A DNA stretch of 64,000 nt. Source: the human T2T-CHM13v2.0 reference genome, Homo sapiens. The notes beneath the pieces are model-generated. The model saw only the letters and a list, made by a program, of their open reading frames with translations, was not told the DNA's origin and ran no database searches. Below, piece after piece: positions 12,246-27,200 of this stretch; position 1 is the first letter of the stretch; every line of letters begins with the position of its first letter. The DNA lies in the NCBI RefSeq assembly GCF_009914755.1, contig NC_060945.1; one strand, given 5' to 3'. A program made the translations under genes and the position numbers.

Positions 12246-15200
12246 ATCCACTCCACTCCACTCCACTCCATTCCATTCCATTCCATTCCATTCCATTCCA
12301 TTCCATTCCATTCCATTCCATCTCATTCCATTCCATTCCATTCCATTCCATCTCATTCCATTCCATTCCCTTCCACTCAACTCCACTACATTCCACTCTA
12401 CTCCAGTCCACTACACTCCATTCTATTCCATTCCATTTCATTCCAATCCATTCCATTCCATTCTTTTATTTCGTCAGGAACTCACTCCGTCACCCAGGCT
12501 GGAGTGCAGTGGCACAATGTCAGCCCACATTTCATTTCAACGTGCCATTCGATTCCATTCCATTCCATTCCATTCCATTCCATTCCACACCACTCCACGA
12601 AACTCCACTCTACTCCACTCCACTGCATTCCTTTCCATTACATCCCATTCCATTCCTCTTCATTCCACTATACTCCACTACACTCCACTCTACTCCACCC
12701 CACTCCACCCCACTCCATTCCATTCCACTCTAATCTGTTCCATTCCTTTCTTTCGATAGGATCTCACCTGTCAACCAGGATGGAGTGCAGTGGCACAATC
12801 TCAGCTCACATTTCATTTAACCATTCTATTCCATTCTATTCCATTCCATTCAACTACACTCCTCTCCACTCCACTCCACTCCATTCCATTTGAATCCAAT
12901 CCACTCAACTCCTTTCCATCCCATCCCATTCCATTCCACTCCACTCCATTCCACTTCACTCCATTCCATTCCACTCCATCCCATCCCATTCCATTCCACT
13001 CCATTTCACTCCACTCCAATCCACTGCATTCTACGCCGTTCCATTCCATACCATTCCATTCTATTCCTTTCTGTCGACAAGATCTCACTCTGTCACCCAG
13101 GATGGATTGCAGTGTCATAATCTCAGCTATCATTTGATTTCATGATTCCTTTCCATTCCATTCCATTCCATTCCATTCCATTCCATTCCATTCCATTCCA
13201 TCCCTTCCCATTCCACTCCATTCCACTCCACTCCTCTCCATTACATTCCATTCCATTCCACTCCAATCCACTACATTCCACTCCACTCCACTCCATTCCA
13301 TCCCATTGAATTCCACTCAATTCCACTCCACTCCACTCCACACCACTTCTCTCCAATCAATTCCATTCCACTCCACCCCACTCCATTCCACTCGACTCCA
13401 CTCAAATCCAGTCCACTCCACTCCACTCCACCACACTCCATTCCATTTCATTCCACTCCATTCCATTCCATTCCTTTCTATTCCTTTCTTTCGACAGGAT
13501 CTCAATCTGTCACCCAGGCTGGCGCGGAGTGGCACTATCTCAGCTCACATTTAATTTCACCATTACATTCCATTGCATTCCATTCCATTATATTCCATTC
13601 AATTCCATTCCATCCCATTTCATTCCAGTCCTATGCACTCCACTCCACTCCACTGCACTCCATTCCATTCCACTCAATTCCATTCAATTCCATTCCACGC
13701 CACTCCAATCCACTCCACTCCATTCCATTCCATTCCACTATACTCCAATCCAATCCACTCCTCTCCACTCCACTCCACTGCATTCCATTCCATTCCATTC
13801 CATTCCATTCCATTCCATTCCATTCCATTCCATTCCATTCCATTCCTCTCTTATAAATTCCATTCCTTTCCTTCGACAGGATCTCACTTTGTCACCCAGG
13901 CTGGAGTGCAGTGGCACAGTCTCAGCTCATATTTCATTTCATCATTCCATTCAATACCATTCCATTCCTTTCCATTCCATTCTATTCCATTACACTAAAA
14001 TCCACTCTGCTCCACTCCACTCCATTCCATTGTATTCCATTCCATTCCACTCTACTCCACTCCTCTCCAACCCAATCCACTCCACTCCATCCCATTCCAT
14101 CCAATTCCATTACATTCCACCCCTCGTCCCTCCATTCCACTCCCCTCCACTTCATACCATTTGATTCCATCCCATTCCATTCCATTCCACTCCACTCCAC
14201 TCCGCTCCGCTTGGCTCCACTCCATTATATTCCAATCTATTCCATTCCATTCCTTACATTCGATCGGATCTCACTCTGTCACCCAGTCTGGAGTGCAGTG
14301 GCAGAATCTCAGTTCACATTTCATTTCACCATTCCATTCCATTCCATTCCATTCCATTCCATTCCATTCCATTCCATTCCACTCCACTCCACTCCACTCC
14401 ATTCCATTCCATTCCATTCCACTGCATTTCACTCCATGCCACTCCACTCACTGCACTCCATTCCATTCCACTCCATCCCATTGCATTCCACTCCATTCCA
14501 CTCCACACCACTCCACTCCACTTAGCTTCACTACCCTCCATTCCATTCCATTTCTTTCTTTTGACAGCATCTCACCCTGTCAACCAGACTGGCAGACAGT
14601 GGCACAAACTCAGTTCACGTTTCATTTCATTTCACCACTCCATTCCATTCTATTCCATTGCCTTCAATTCCATTGCATTCCACTGCATTCCATTCCATTG
14701 CACTCCACTCCATTCCACTCTACTCCACTCCAATCCACCTCATTCCATTACGCTGCATTCCACTCCAATCCACTCCACTCCATTCCATTCCATTCCATTA
14801 TAATTCAATCCCCTACATTCCATTAATTTCTTTTGACAGTATCTCATGCTGTCACATAGGCTGGAGTGCAGTGGCACTATCTCAGCTCACATTTAATTTC
14901 ACAATTCCATTCCATTCCATTCCATTGCATTCCATTGCATTCCATTCCATTGCATTCCATTGCATTCCATTCCATTGCAATCCATTCCATTCAATTCCAT
15001 TCCAAACCATTCCATTCCATTCCTGTGAACTCCAATCCACTCCACTCCACTGCATTCCATTCCATTCCATTCCATTCCATTCCATTCCATTCCACTCCTT
15101 TCCATTCCATTCCTTTCCTTCAACACAATCTCACTTTGTCACCCAGGCTGGAGTGCAGTGGCACAATCTCAGCTCATATTTCATTTCATCATTCCATTCT

Positions 15201-18200
15201 ATACCATTCCATTCCTTTCCATTCCATTCTACTCCATTACACTCCAATTCACTCTACTCCACTCCACTCCATTCCATTGCATTCCGTTCCATTCCACTCT
15301 ACTCCACTCCTCTCCACCCCACTCCACTCCACTCCATCCCATTCAATCCAGTTCCATTCCATTCCACTCCTCATCCCTCCACTCCACTCCACTACCCTCC
15401 ACTTCATACCATCCAATTCCATCCCATTCCATTCCATTCCGCTCCACTCCACTCCGCTCCGCTCCACTCTGCTCTGCTCTGCTCCACTCCACTCCACTCC
15501 ATTTCATTCCACTGTATTCCATTCCATTCCTTACGTTCGACAGGATCTCACTCTGTCACCCAGTCTGGAGCGCAGTGGCAGAATCTCAGCTCACATTTCA
15601 TTTCACTATTCCATTCCATTGCATTCCATTCCATTCCATTCCATTCCCCTCCACCCCTCTCCACTGCGCTCCACTCCACTCCATTCCATTACATTCCATT
15701 CCACTCAATTCCACTCCAGTCCACTCCATTCCATCCCACTCCATTCCACTCCACACCATTCCATTCCATCCCACTCCATTCCACTCCACACCATTCCATT
15801 CCATTCCACTCCATTCCACTCCATTCTGCTCCACTCCACTCCACTCCACTGCACTCCATTCCATTAAATTCCATCCCATTCCATTCCACTCCACATCAAT
15901 CCATGCATCTCCACTCCACTAAATTCCATTCCATACCATTCTTTCAACAGGATCTCACTCTGTCATCCAGGCTGGCGTGCAGTGGCACAAACTCAGCTCA
16001 CATTTCATTTAACCATTTAATTCCATTCCATTCCATTCCATTCCATTCCATTCCATTCCATTCCATTCCATACCATTCCATACCATTCCATTCCATTGTA
16101 TTCCACTCTACTCCACTCCAATCCACTCCACTCCACTCCACTCCACTCCATGTCATTTCCATCCATCCCATTCCATTCCACTCCATTCCACCCTACTCGA
16201 CTCAAATTCACTCCACCCCACTCCACTACAAGCCATTCCATTCCATCCCATTTCATTCCACTCCATTCCACTCGACTCCACTCCACTCCATTCAATTCCA
16301 TCCCATTCTATTCCATTCCTTTCTTTCGACGGGATCTCACTGTGTCAAAAAACGCTGGAACACAGTGGAACAATCTCAGCTCACATTTCATTTCACCATT
16401 CCTTTCCATTCCATTCCATTCCATTCCATTCCATTCCATTCCATTCCATTCCATTCCACTCCATTCCCCTCCACTCCACTCTACTCCCCTCCATTCCATT
16501 CCATTCCATTCCACTCCACTCTATTCCACTCCAATCCAGCAAATCCATTCCACCGCAATTCACTCCACTCCACTCCACTCCACTCCATTCCATTCCATCC
16601 CATTCCATTTCACTCCATTCCTCTCCACTCAAATCCACTCCACTCCATTCCATTCCACTCCATCCCATTCCTTTCCACTTCATTACGCTCCATTCCACTC
16701 CACTCAACTCCATTCCATTCCATTCCATTCCATTCCATTCCATTCCATTCTAATTCACTCCCTTACATTATATTAATTTATTTCAACAGGATCTCACTCT
16801 GTCACAGAGGCTGGAGTGCAGTGGCACTATCTCAGCTCACATTTAATTTCAGAATTCCATTCCACTGCATTCCATTCCATTGCATTCCATGGCATTTCAT
16901 TCCATTACATTCCATTCAATTCCATTTCATCCCATTCCAAGGCACGCCTGTGAACTCCACTCCACTGCATTCCATTCTAATCCATTCCATTCCACTCCAC
17001 TCCACTCCACTCTACTCCACTCCATTCCATTCCATTCCATCCCATTCCATTCCACTCCATTCCAATATACTGCACTCCACTACACTCTATTCCATTCCAT
17101 TGCATTCCAGTCCTTTCCATTCCATTCCTTTCTTTCAACAGGTTTTCACTCTGTCACCCATGCTGGAGTGCAGTGGCACAATCTCAGCTCATATTTCACT
17201 TCTTCATTCCATTCTATTCCATTCCATTGCTTTCCATTCCATTCAATTCGATTCCACTACATTCCATTCCACTCCACTCCACTCCTCTTCATTCGACTCC
17301 ACTCCATTCCATTCCATTAAATTCCACTCCATTCTACTCCATTCCTCTCCACCCAACTCCACTCCACTCCATTCAATTCCATCCAATTCCATACCACTCC
17401 ACTCCTCTCCCCAACACTCCACTCCACTCCCCTCCACTTCATTCCATTCGATTCCATCCCATTCCATTCCATTTGACTCCACTCCTCTCCACTCCATTCC
17501 ACTCCATTCCATTCCTTTCGTTTCCCCTCCATTCCATTCCACTCCACTCCACTCCATTCCATTCCATTCCATTCCACTCCATTCCGTTCCATTCCTCACA
17601 TTCGACAGGATGTCTCTCGGTCACCCAGTCTGGAGTGCAGTGGCAGAATCTCAGCTTACATTTCATTTCACTATTCCATTCCATTCCATTCCATTTCATT
17701 CCATTCCACTCCATTCCATTCCATTCCACTGCACTCCACTCCACTCCATTCCATTCCATTCCATTCCACGCCAGTCCACCCTATTCCACTCCAATCCACT
17801 CCATTCCATTCCACTCCATTCCACTCCACACCACTCCACTATAATCAACTCCACTCCACTCCATTCCATTCCATTACTTTCTTTTGATAGCATCTCAACC
17901 TGTCAACAAGACTGGCGGGCAGTGGCACAAACTCAGCTCACATTTCATTTCACCACTCCATTCCATTCTATTCCATTGCATTCCATTCTATTACATTCCA
18001 CTGCATTCCATTCCATTCCACTCCACTCCATTCCACTCTACTGCACTCCAGTCCATTCCACTCCACCTCACTCCATGGCATTCAATTCCATCCCATTCCA
18101 TTTCACTAAATTTCACTCTACTCCACTCCAATCCACTCCTCTCTACTCCACTCCATGCCATTCCTCTCCATCCCATTCCATTCCACTGCATTCCACTTGA

Positions 18201-21200
18201 CTCCACTCCACTTCACTGCATTCCATTCCATACAATTCCACTCCATTCCATTCCATTCCTTTCTTTCCGCAGGAGCTCACTCTGTCACAAAGGCTGGAGT
18301 GCAGCGGCACAATCTCAGCTCAAATTTCTTTTCACCATTCCATTGCATTCCATTCCATCCAATTCCATTCCACCCTATTTACCTCTAGTCCACTCCACTC
18401 CATTCCATTTCACTCCATCCCATTCCATTCGACTCCATTTCACTCCACTCCACTCCACTCCACTCCACTCCACTCCACTCCACTCCCCTCCACTCCATTC
18501 CATTCCATTCCATTTAACTCCATTGCATTCCATTCCTTTCTTTCAACAGGATATCACTGTGTCACCCAGGCTGGAGGGCAGTGGCACAATCACAGCTCAC
18601 ATTACATGTCAACTTTCCATTGCATTGCATTCCATTCCATTCAATTACATTCCATTCCACTTCATTCCACACCACTCCACGCCACTCTACTCCACTGCAT
18701 TCCATTACATCCGATTCCATTCCACTCAATTCCACTCCTCTCCACTCCACTGCACTCCACTACACTCCATTCCACTCCATCCCAATCCATTCGGCTCCAT
18801 TCCACTGAACCCCACTCTGTTCCATTCCATTGAACTCCACTCCTCTCAATTCCACTGAACTCCACTGCATCCCACTCCACTCCACTTCATTCCATTCCAT
18901 TCCATCCCATTCTATTCCTCGCCATTCCACTCCACTCCAGTCCACTCCATTCCATTGCACTGCATTCCATTCCATTCCTTCCTTTCGAGGGTATCTCACT
19001 CTGTGACCCAGCCTGGAGTACAGTGGCACAGTCTCAGCTCACATTTCGTTTCTCCACTCCATTCCATTCCACTCCATTCCATTCCACTCCAATCCAATCC
19101 ACTCCACTCCACTCCAATCCATGCCACTACACTCCACTCCTCTCCATTCCAGTGCACTCCACACCTGTCCATTCCATCCCATTCCATTCCACTCCTTTCC
19201 ACTCCACTCCATTCCATTCCATTCAACTCCACTCCATTCCATTCTTTCTTTTGACAGTATCTCACTCTGTCACTCAGACTGGTGTGCAGTGACACAAAAA
19301 CAGCTCACATTTCATTTCACGATTCCATTCCATTCCATTCCAATCCATTCCATTCCATTCCATTCCACTGCACTCCACTCCACTCCAATCAATTCCACTC
19401 CACTCCACTTCCATCCATTCCTTTCCATTCCATTCCAATCCCTTCCATTCCACTCCCTTTCCTTCGACAGGATCTCCCTCTGTCACACAGGCTGTAGTGC
19501 AGTGGCACAATCTCAGCACACATTTCTTTTCACCATTCCATTGCATTCCATTCCATTCCATTCCATTCCACTCCACTCCTCTCCACTCTTTTCCACTCGA
19601 CTCCACTCCATTCCGTTCCACTCTACTCCACTCCCCTCCATTTCATTCCATCCCATTCCATTCCACTCCTTTCCACTCCACTCCACTGAACTGCCTTCCA
19701 TTCCATTCCATGCCATTCCATTCCAATATTTTCTTTTGACAGGATCTCACTCTGTCACCGAGGCTGGAGTGCAGTGGCACAATCTCAGATCACATTTCAT
19801 TTCACCATTCCATTCCATTCCATTCCAATACATTCCATTCCATTCCATTCATTCCATTCTATTCCATTCCCCTCCATTCCGTTCCATTCCACTCCACTCC
19901 ACTCCATTTTATTCCATTCTACTCCATTCCATTGCATTCCTTTATTTCGAATGGATCTCACACTGTCAAAAAGACTGGAGTGTAGTGGCAAAATCTTAGC
20001 TCACATTTCATTTTTCCATTCCATTCCATTCCATTCCATTCCATTCCATTCCATTCCATTCCACTCGACTCCACTCCACTCCATTCCATTCCACTCCACT
20101 CCACTTCACTCCACTCCATTCCATTCCATTAAATTCCATTACATTCCAGTCCACTCCACTCCATGCCACCCCATTACACTCCACTCCACTCTACTCCATT
20201 CCACTCCACTCCTTTAGGTTACACTCCATTCCACTTCATGCCACTCCATTCCACTGCACTCCTCTCCACTCCCCTCCATTTTACTCCACTCCACTCCATT
20301 CCATTCCACTCCACTCCACTCCACTCCACTCCATTCCATTCCATTCCAATCCATTCCACTCCATTCTATTCCACTCGACTCCACTCCAATCCATTCCACT
20401 CCACTCCATTCCATTCCACTCCACTCGAATCCAGTCCACTCCACTCCATTCCATTCTATGACATTCCATTCCATTGCTTTATTTTGACTGGATCTCACTC
20501 TGTCACCCAGACTGGAGTGCAGTGGCACAATGTTAGCTCACATTTTACTTCACCATTCCATTCCATTCCATTCCATTCCACCCCATTCCGTTCCATTCTC
20601 TTCTTTCAACAGGATATCACTGTGTCAAAAAAGGCTGCAATACAGTGGCACAATCTCAGCTCACATTTTATTTCAGCATTCCATTATATTCCTTTCCTTT
20701 CCATTCCATTACATCCCACTCCACTCCATTCCATTCCACTCCAATCCCCTCCCCTCCCCTCCCCTCCCCTCCATTCCATTCCATACCATCCCATTCCATT
20801 GCATTCTACTCCATTCCACTACACTCCAATCAACTCCACTCCATTCCACTTCACTTCAATCCACTCCACTCCATTCCATTCCATCCCATTCCATTTCACT
20901 CCATTCCTCTCCACTCCACTCCATTAATTCCACTCAATCCTAGTGCATTCCACTCCATTCCACTCCATTCCACTCCATTCCACTCCATTCTATTCCATTC
21001 CTTTCCATTTCACTCCATTCCATTCCATTCCGTTCCTTTCTTTCGACAGGATCTCACTCTGTCACCCAGGCTGTAGTGCAGTGACACAATCTCAGCTCAT
21101 ATTTCATTTCCCCTTTCCATTTCTTTCCATTCCATTCCATTCTGTGCCATTCCACTCCACTCCACTCCACTCCACTCCACTCCACTCCATTCCAATCCAC

Positions 21201-24200
21201 TGCACTCCACTCCATTCCATTCCATTCCATTCCATTCCATTCCATTCAACCCCATTCCGTTCCATTCTCTTCTTTCAACAGGATATCACTGTGTCAAAAA
21301 AGGCTGCAATACAGTGGTACAATCTCAGCTCACATTTTATTTCAGCATTCCATTATATTCCTTTCCTTTCCATTCCATTCCATCCCACTCCACTCCATTC
21401 CATTCCACTCCAATCCCCTCCCCTCCCCTCCCCTCCATTCCGTTCCATACCATCCCATTCCATTGCATTCCACTCCATTCCACTCCACTCCAATCAACTC
21501 CACTCCATTCCATTTCACTTCAATCCACTCCACTCCATTCCATTCCATCCCATTCCATTTCACTCCATTCCTCTCCACTCCACTCCATTAATTCCACTCA
21601 ATCCTAGTCCATTCCTCTCCATTCCACTCCATTCCACTCCACTCCACTCCATTCTATTCCATTCCTTTCCATTTCACTCCATTCCATTCCATTCCATTCC
21701 TTTCTTTCGACAGGATCTCACTCTGTCACCCAGGCTGGAGTATGGTGGCACTATCTCAGTTCACATTTCATTTCACCATTGCATTCCATTCCATTGCATT
21801 CCATTCCATTCCAATCCATTCAATTCCATTCCATCCAATTCCATTCCACTCCTGTGAACTCCACTCCACTCCAATTCATTCCATTCCATTCCATTCCATT
21901 TCATTCCATTCCATTCCATTCCATTCCATACAATACCATTCCATTCCACTCCACTCCACTCCACTGCACTCCATCCCAATCCATTCCACTCCATTCCACT
22001 GTACTCCACTCCACTCCACTCCAATCCATTCCATTCCATTCCACACCTTTCCATTCCATTCCTTTCTTTCAACAGTATTTCACTCTTTCCAACAGGCTGC
22101 AGTGCAGTGCTACAATCTCAGCTCATATTTCACTTCATCATTCCATTCAATTCCATTCCACTACATTCCATTCCACTCCACTGCACTCCACTCCACTCCC
22201 CTCGACTCCATTCCATTGAATTTCATTCCATTCCACTTCACTATACTCCACTCCTCTCCATCCCACTCCACTCCTCTCCATCCCACTCCACTCCACTCCA
22301 TTCAATTCCATCGAATTCCATGCCACTCCACTCCTCTCCCCAACCCTCCACTCCACTCCCCTCCACTTCATTCCATTCGATTCCATCCCATTCCATTCCA
22401 TTCCATTCCAATCGCGTCCACTCTTCTTCACTCCACTCCATTCCATTCCACTCCACTCCACTTAATTCCACTCCATTCCTCTCCACTCCATTCCATTCCA
22501 CTCTACTCCAATCCACTCCACTACACTCCACACCATTCCATTCCAGTACACTCCATTCCATTCCATTCCATTCCATTCCAATCCACTCCTCTCAATTCCA
22601 CTTCACTCCATTCCACTTCACTCCATTCCATTCCACTCCACTCCACTAAATTCCACTCCATTCCTCTCCATTCCATTCCATTCCACTCCATTCTACTCCA
22701 CTGCCCTCAATCCCACTACACTCCAGTCCATTCCACTCCTCTTCACTGCACTCCAGTCCATTCCACTATACTGCCTTCCATTTCATTCCATTAAACTCTA
22801 TTCCACCAATTCCGTACCCTTCCATTCCATTCCAATCCACTGCACTCCAATCCATTCCACTCTCTCAATTTCAGTCCACTCCATTCCACTGCACTCCACT
22901 CCACTTCGTTCCATTGCATTCCATTCCATTCCATTCCACTCCACTTCTTTCCATTCCACTGCACTCCATTCCATTCCACTCCATTCCTTTCCATTCCATT
23001 CCATTCCATTCCATTCCATTCCATTCCATTCCATTCCACTCAACTCCGTTCCAATCCATGCCATTCCATTCCATTCTACTCCACTCCACTCAATTCCACT
23101 CCACTCCATTTAATTCAATTCCATTAAATTCTTTTCCAGTCACTCCGTTCCGCTCCACTCCACTCCACTCCATTCCATTCCACTCTACTCCATTCTACTC
23201 CAGTCCATTGCATTCCACTCCACACCACTCTACTCCACTCCACTCCTCTCCACGCCATTCATTTCCATTCCATTCCATTCCTTTCCACTCCATTCTATTC
23301 CACTCCCCTACCTCCATTTTATTCCACTCCACTGCATTCCACTACTTTCATTCCCCTCCATTCCATCTCATTCCATTCCATTCCATTTCATTCCATTTCA
23401 CTCCACTCTATTCCACTGCACTCCATTCTACTCCACTCCACAGCACTCCACTCCATTCCACTCTATTCTGTTTCACTATACTGCATTTCCTTCCACTCCA
23501 TTCCACTCCACTCCACTCCATTCCACTCCACTCCACTCCATTTCACTCCACTCCATTCCATTCTACTCAACTCCATTCCACTCCCCTCCACTCCATTCCA
23601 TTCAATTCCATTCCATTGCACTCCATTCCATACCACTCCACTCCATTCAATTCCAGTCCATTTCATTACACTCCATTACACTCCATTCCATTCCACTCCA
23701 CTCCACTCCAATCCACTCCTTTCCATTCCATTCCATGCCTTTCCGTTCCACTTCATTCCATTCCATTCCATTCCTTTCCACACCAATCCATTCCCCCCAC
23801 TCCATTCCTTTCCAGTCCACGCCTTTCCATTCCACTCTATTCCACTCCACACTACTCCATTCCACTGTACCCAATTCCATTCCATTCCACTCCATTCCAC
23901 ACAACTCAACTCCATTCCACTCCACTCCACTCCATTCCATTCCACTCCACTCCATTCTATTCCATTCCACTCCATTCCATTCCATTCCCCTCACTCCATT
24001 TCTTTCCACTCCTTTAGACTTCAGGTCATTTCCTTCCACAACATTCAACTCTGTTCCACTCCATTCCACTCCTTTCCATTCCACTACATCCCCCTCCATT
24101 GCATTCCATTCTGCCCCATTGCATTCCACTCCACAACATTCCACCCCATTCCACTCCATTCCATTCCAATCCACTTCACTCCACTCTACTTGACTCCACT

Positions 24201-27200
24201 GCAATCGATTATATTCCATTCCTTGCCCATCCATTCCTTTCCATTCAACTCTATCCATTCCACTCCTCTCCACTCCATTCCACTCCACTCCATTCCATTC
24301 CACTAAACTCCATTCCATTGCACTCCGTTCCATTCCGTTCAACTCCATTCCATTCCACTCCAATCCATTCCATTATACTCCACTCCATTGCCCTCCATTA
24401 AACTTCATTCCTATACATTCCATTCCTTTACATTCCATTTCATTCTGCGCCACTCCATTCCATTCCACTCCATTCCATTCCACTCCACTCCTCTCCACTC
24501 CTCTCCTTTTCACTCCATGCCATTCCATTCCTCTCTACTACATTCCATTCCACTCCGTTCCACTCCACTCCACTCCATTCCATTCCATTCCATTAATTCC
24601 CATTTGATTCCACTCCATTCCATTCCATTCAATTCCACGGCACTCCAATTCATTCCACTCCATTCTGTTCCATTCCACTCCACTCCACTCCATTTAATTT
24701 CATTACATTCCCCTCCCTTCCATTCCATTGCATTCCACTAAACTCCATTCCATTGCATTCCACTCCACTCCACTCCATTTCATTTCATTCCACTAAATTC
24801 CATTCCATTTTACTCCTTTCCACTCCACTCCACCCCGTTCCATTCCACTCCACTCCACTCTACTCCACTCCACTCCATTCTACTCCATTCCACTCCATTC
24901 CATTCCATTCCACTCCATTCCATTCCTTTCCACTCTATTTCATTCCAATCCTTTCCATTCCACTCCACTTTATTCAATTCCACTCCACTTCACTTCATTC
25001 CATTCCATCCCACACCATTCCTCTCCACTCCATTTTATTCCTCTCCATTCCACGCCACTCCAATCTACTCCACTCCAATCTACTCCACTCCACTCCAACC
25101 CACTGCGTTCCACTCCACTCCATTCCATTCCATTCCAATAAATTGCAGTGCATTTCATTCCATTCCATTCCTATGAATTGCCGTGCATTTCATTCATTCC
25201 ATTCCATCCTAATCAATCCCACTCTGGTCCACTCCATTCTACTACCCTCCATTTAATGCTGCTCAATTCCATTCGACTCCATTCCACTCCATTCCGTTCC
25301 ACCCCACTCCCTTCCACTGCACTCCACTCCATTCCACTCCTCTCGATTCCACTGCACTCCACTCCACTGCACTCCTCTCCATTCCACTCTACTCCATTCC
25401 ACTCCAATCCACTCCACTCCACCTCGTTCCACTCCACTCCATTTTATGCCTCTCCAATTCATTCCATTTCACTCCACTTTGTTCCACTCCATTCCACTCT
25501 ATTCCACTCAATTCAATTCAACTCCACTCCAATCCAGTACACTCCATTCTATTAGAATCCATTTCACTCCACTTCATTCCATTTCACAGTATTGCACTCC
25601 ATTTCACTCCATTCCACTCCATTCCATTCCATTCCACTCCATTCCACTCCAATCAACTCCAGTCCACTCCACTCAAATCCATTCCATTAAACTCCATTCC
25701 ATTCCATTCCACTCCTCTCCGTTTCATTCCACTCCACTGCATTCTTTTCCACTCCATTCCTCTCCACTCCATTCCCCTCCATTCCATTCCTTTCCACTCC
25801 ACTCCACTCCAATCCACTTCACTCCATTCCACTCACCTTCATTCCTTTTCATTCCATTCCATTCCATTCCGTTCCACTCCACTCGATTCTATTCCAATGC
25901 ACTCCATTCCCCTCCATTAAATTCCATTCCGCTCAAACTCACTCCAATCCACTCCACTCCACTCCATTGCATTCTATACCATTCCATTGCAATCCAATCC
26001 ATTCCATTCCACTCTACTGCATTCATTTCCAATCCACTCCACTCCATTCCACTCCATTCAAATCCATTCCATTCAATTTCACCACATTCCATTCCCTTCC
26101 TCTCCATTTCACTCCACTCTGTTCCACTCCACTCCACTCCCCTCCATTCCACTCTACTATTCATCACTCCATTCCATTCCACTCCCCCCTTTACACTCCA
26201 ATGCTCTCCATTCCAATCCATTATATTTCACTCCATTCCACCTCACTCCACTCCACTCCATTCCATTCCATTCCAATCCACTTCAATCCACTCCGTTACA
26301 TTTCATTCCACTCCACTCAATTGAATTCCTTACCATTGTATTCCACTGCATTCCATTCCACTCCTCTCTATGCCACTGCACTCCACTCCATTCCATTCCA
26401 CTGCAATCCACTCCACTCCGTTCCACTGGACTACATTTTATTCCAGTCCAATCCATTCGACTCAATTCCATTCAACTCCAATCCATGCCACTCCAATCCA
26501 CTCCATTCCACTACACTCCATTCCATTCCATTAAAATCCTTTCCATTCCATTCCACTCCATTCCATTCCACTCCACTCCAGTCCATTCCAGTCCACTCCA
26601 GTCCATTCCATTCCACTCCATTCCAATCCATTCCATTCCACTCCACTCAAATCCCCTCCATTCCGTTCCACTATAATCCATTCTGTTCCACTCCATTCCA
26701 CTCCAATCCACTCCATTCCACTTCACTCCTTTTAATTCCACTGTACTACATTCCATTCCATTCCACTCCTCTCCTCTCCTCTCCAATTCATTCCATTCCA
26801 CTCCATTTCTTTCCACTCAACTCCAGTCCACTCTATTCCACTCCTCTCTATTCCATTCCATTCCACTCCTCTCCATTCCACCTCATTCCATTCCATTCCT
26901 CTCTACTCTATTCCATTCCATTGCACTCCACTCCCCTCAACTCCACTCCATTCCATTAAAATCCATTCCATTCCATTCCATTCCACTCCATTTCATTCCT
27001 TTCATTTCCACTCCACTCCACACCATTAATCTCTATGCCATTCCATTCCACTCCACTCCATTCCATTTACTCCACTCAGTTCGACTCCACTCCATTCCAC
27101 TGCATTGCTTTCCAATCCATTCCATTCCACTCCACACCATTCCACTCCCTTACTTTCCATACCATTCCACTCCACACCACTGCAATGCATTCCTCTCCAA

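Noticed and set aside
12021-12386. Satellite-L1 RT fusion ORF (121 aa)
   Set aside because: Chance read-through across the junction. Only a short RT fragment, with no evidence of expression.
14658-18200. 1180-aa ORF and the other HSIPF/STPL- or MEWNG-rich ORFs across 12-35 kb
   Set aside because: Translation of (CATTC)n and (GAATG)n, which rarely generate stop codons. No domain or gene structure.
12473-22126. CRISPR-like pattern of a constant repeat with variable spacers
   Set aside because: The repeats are Alu fragments, the spacers are pentamer satellite, the context is primate and there are no cas genes.
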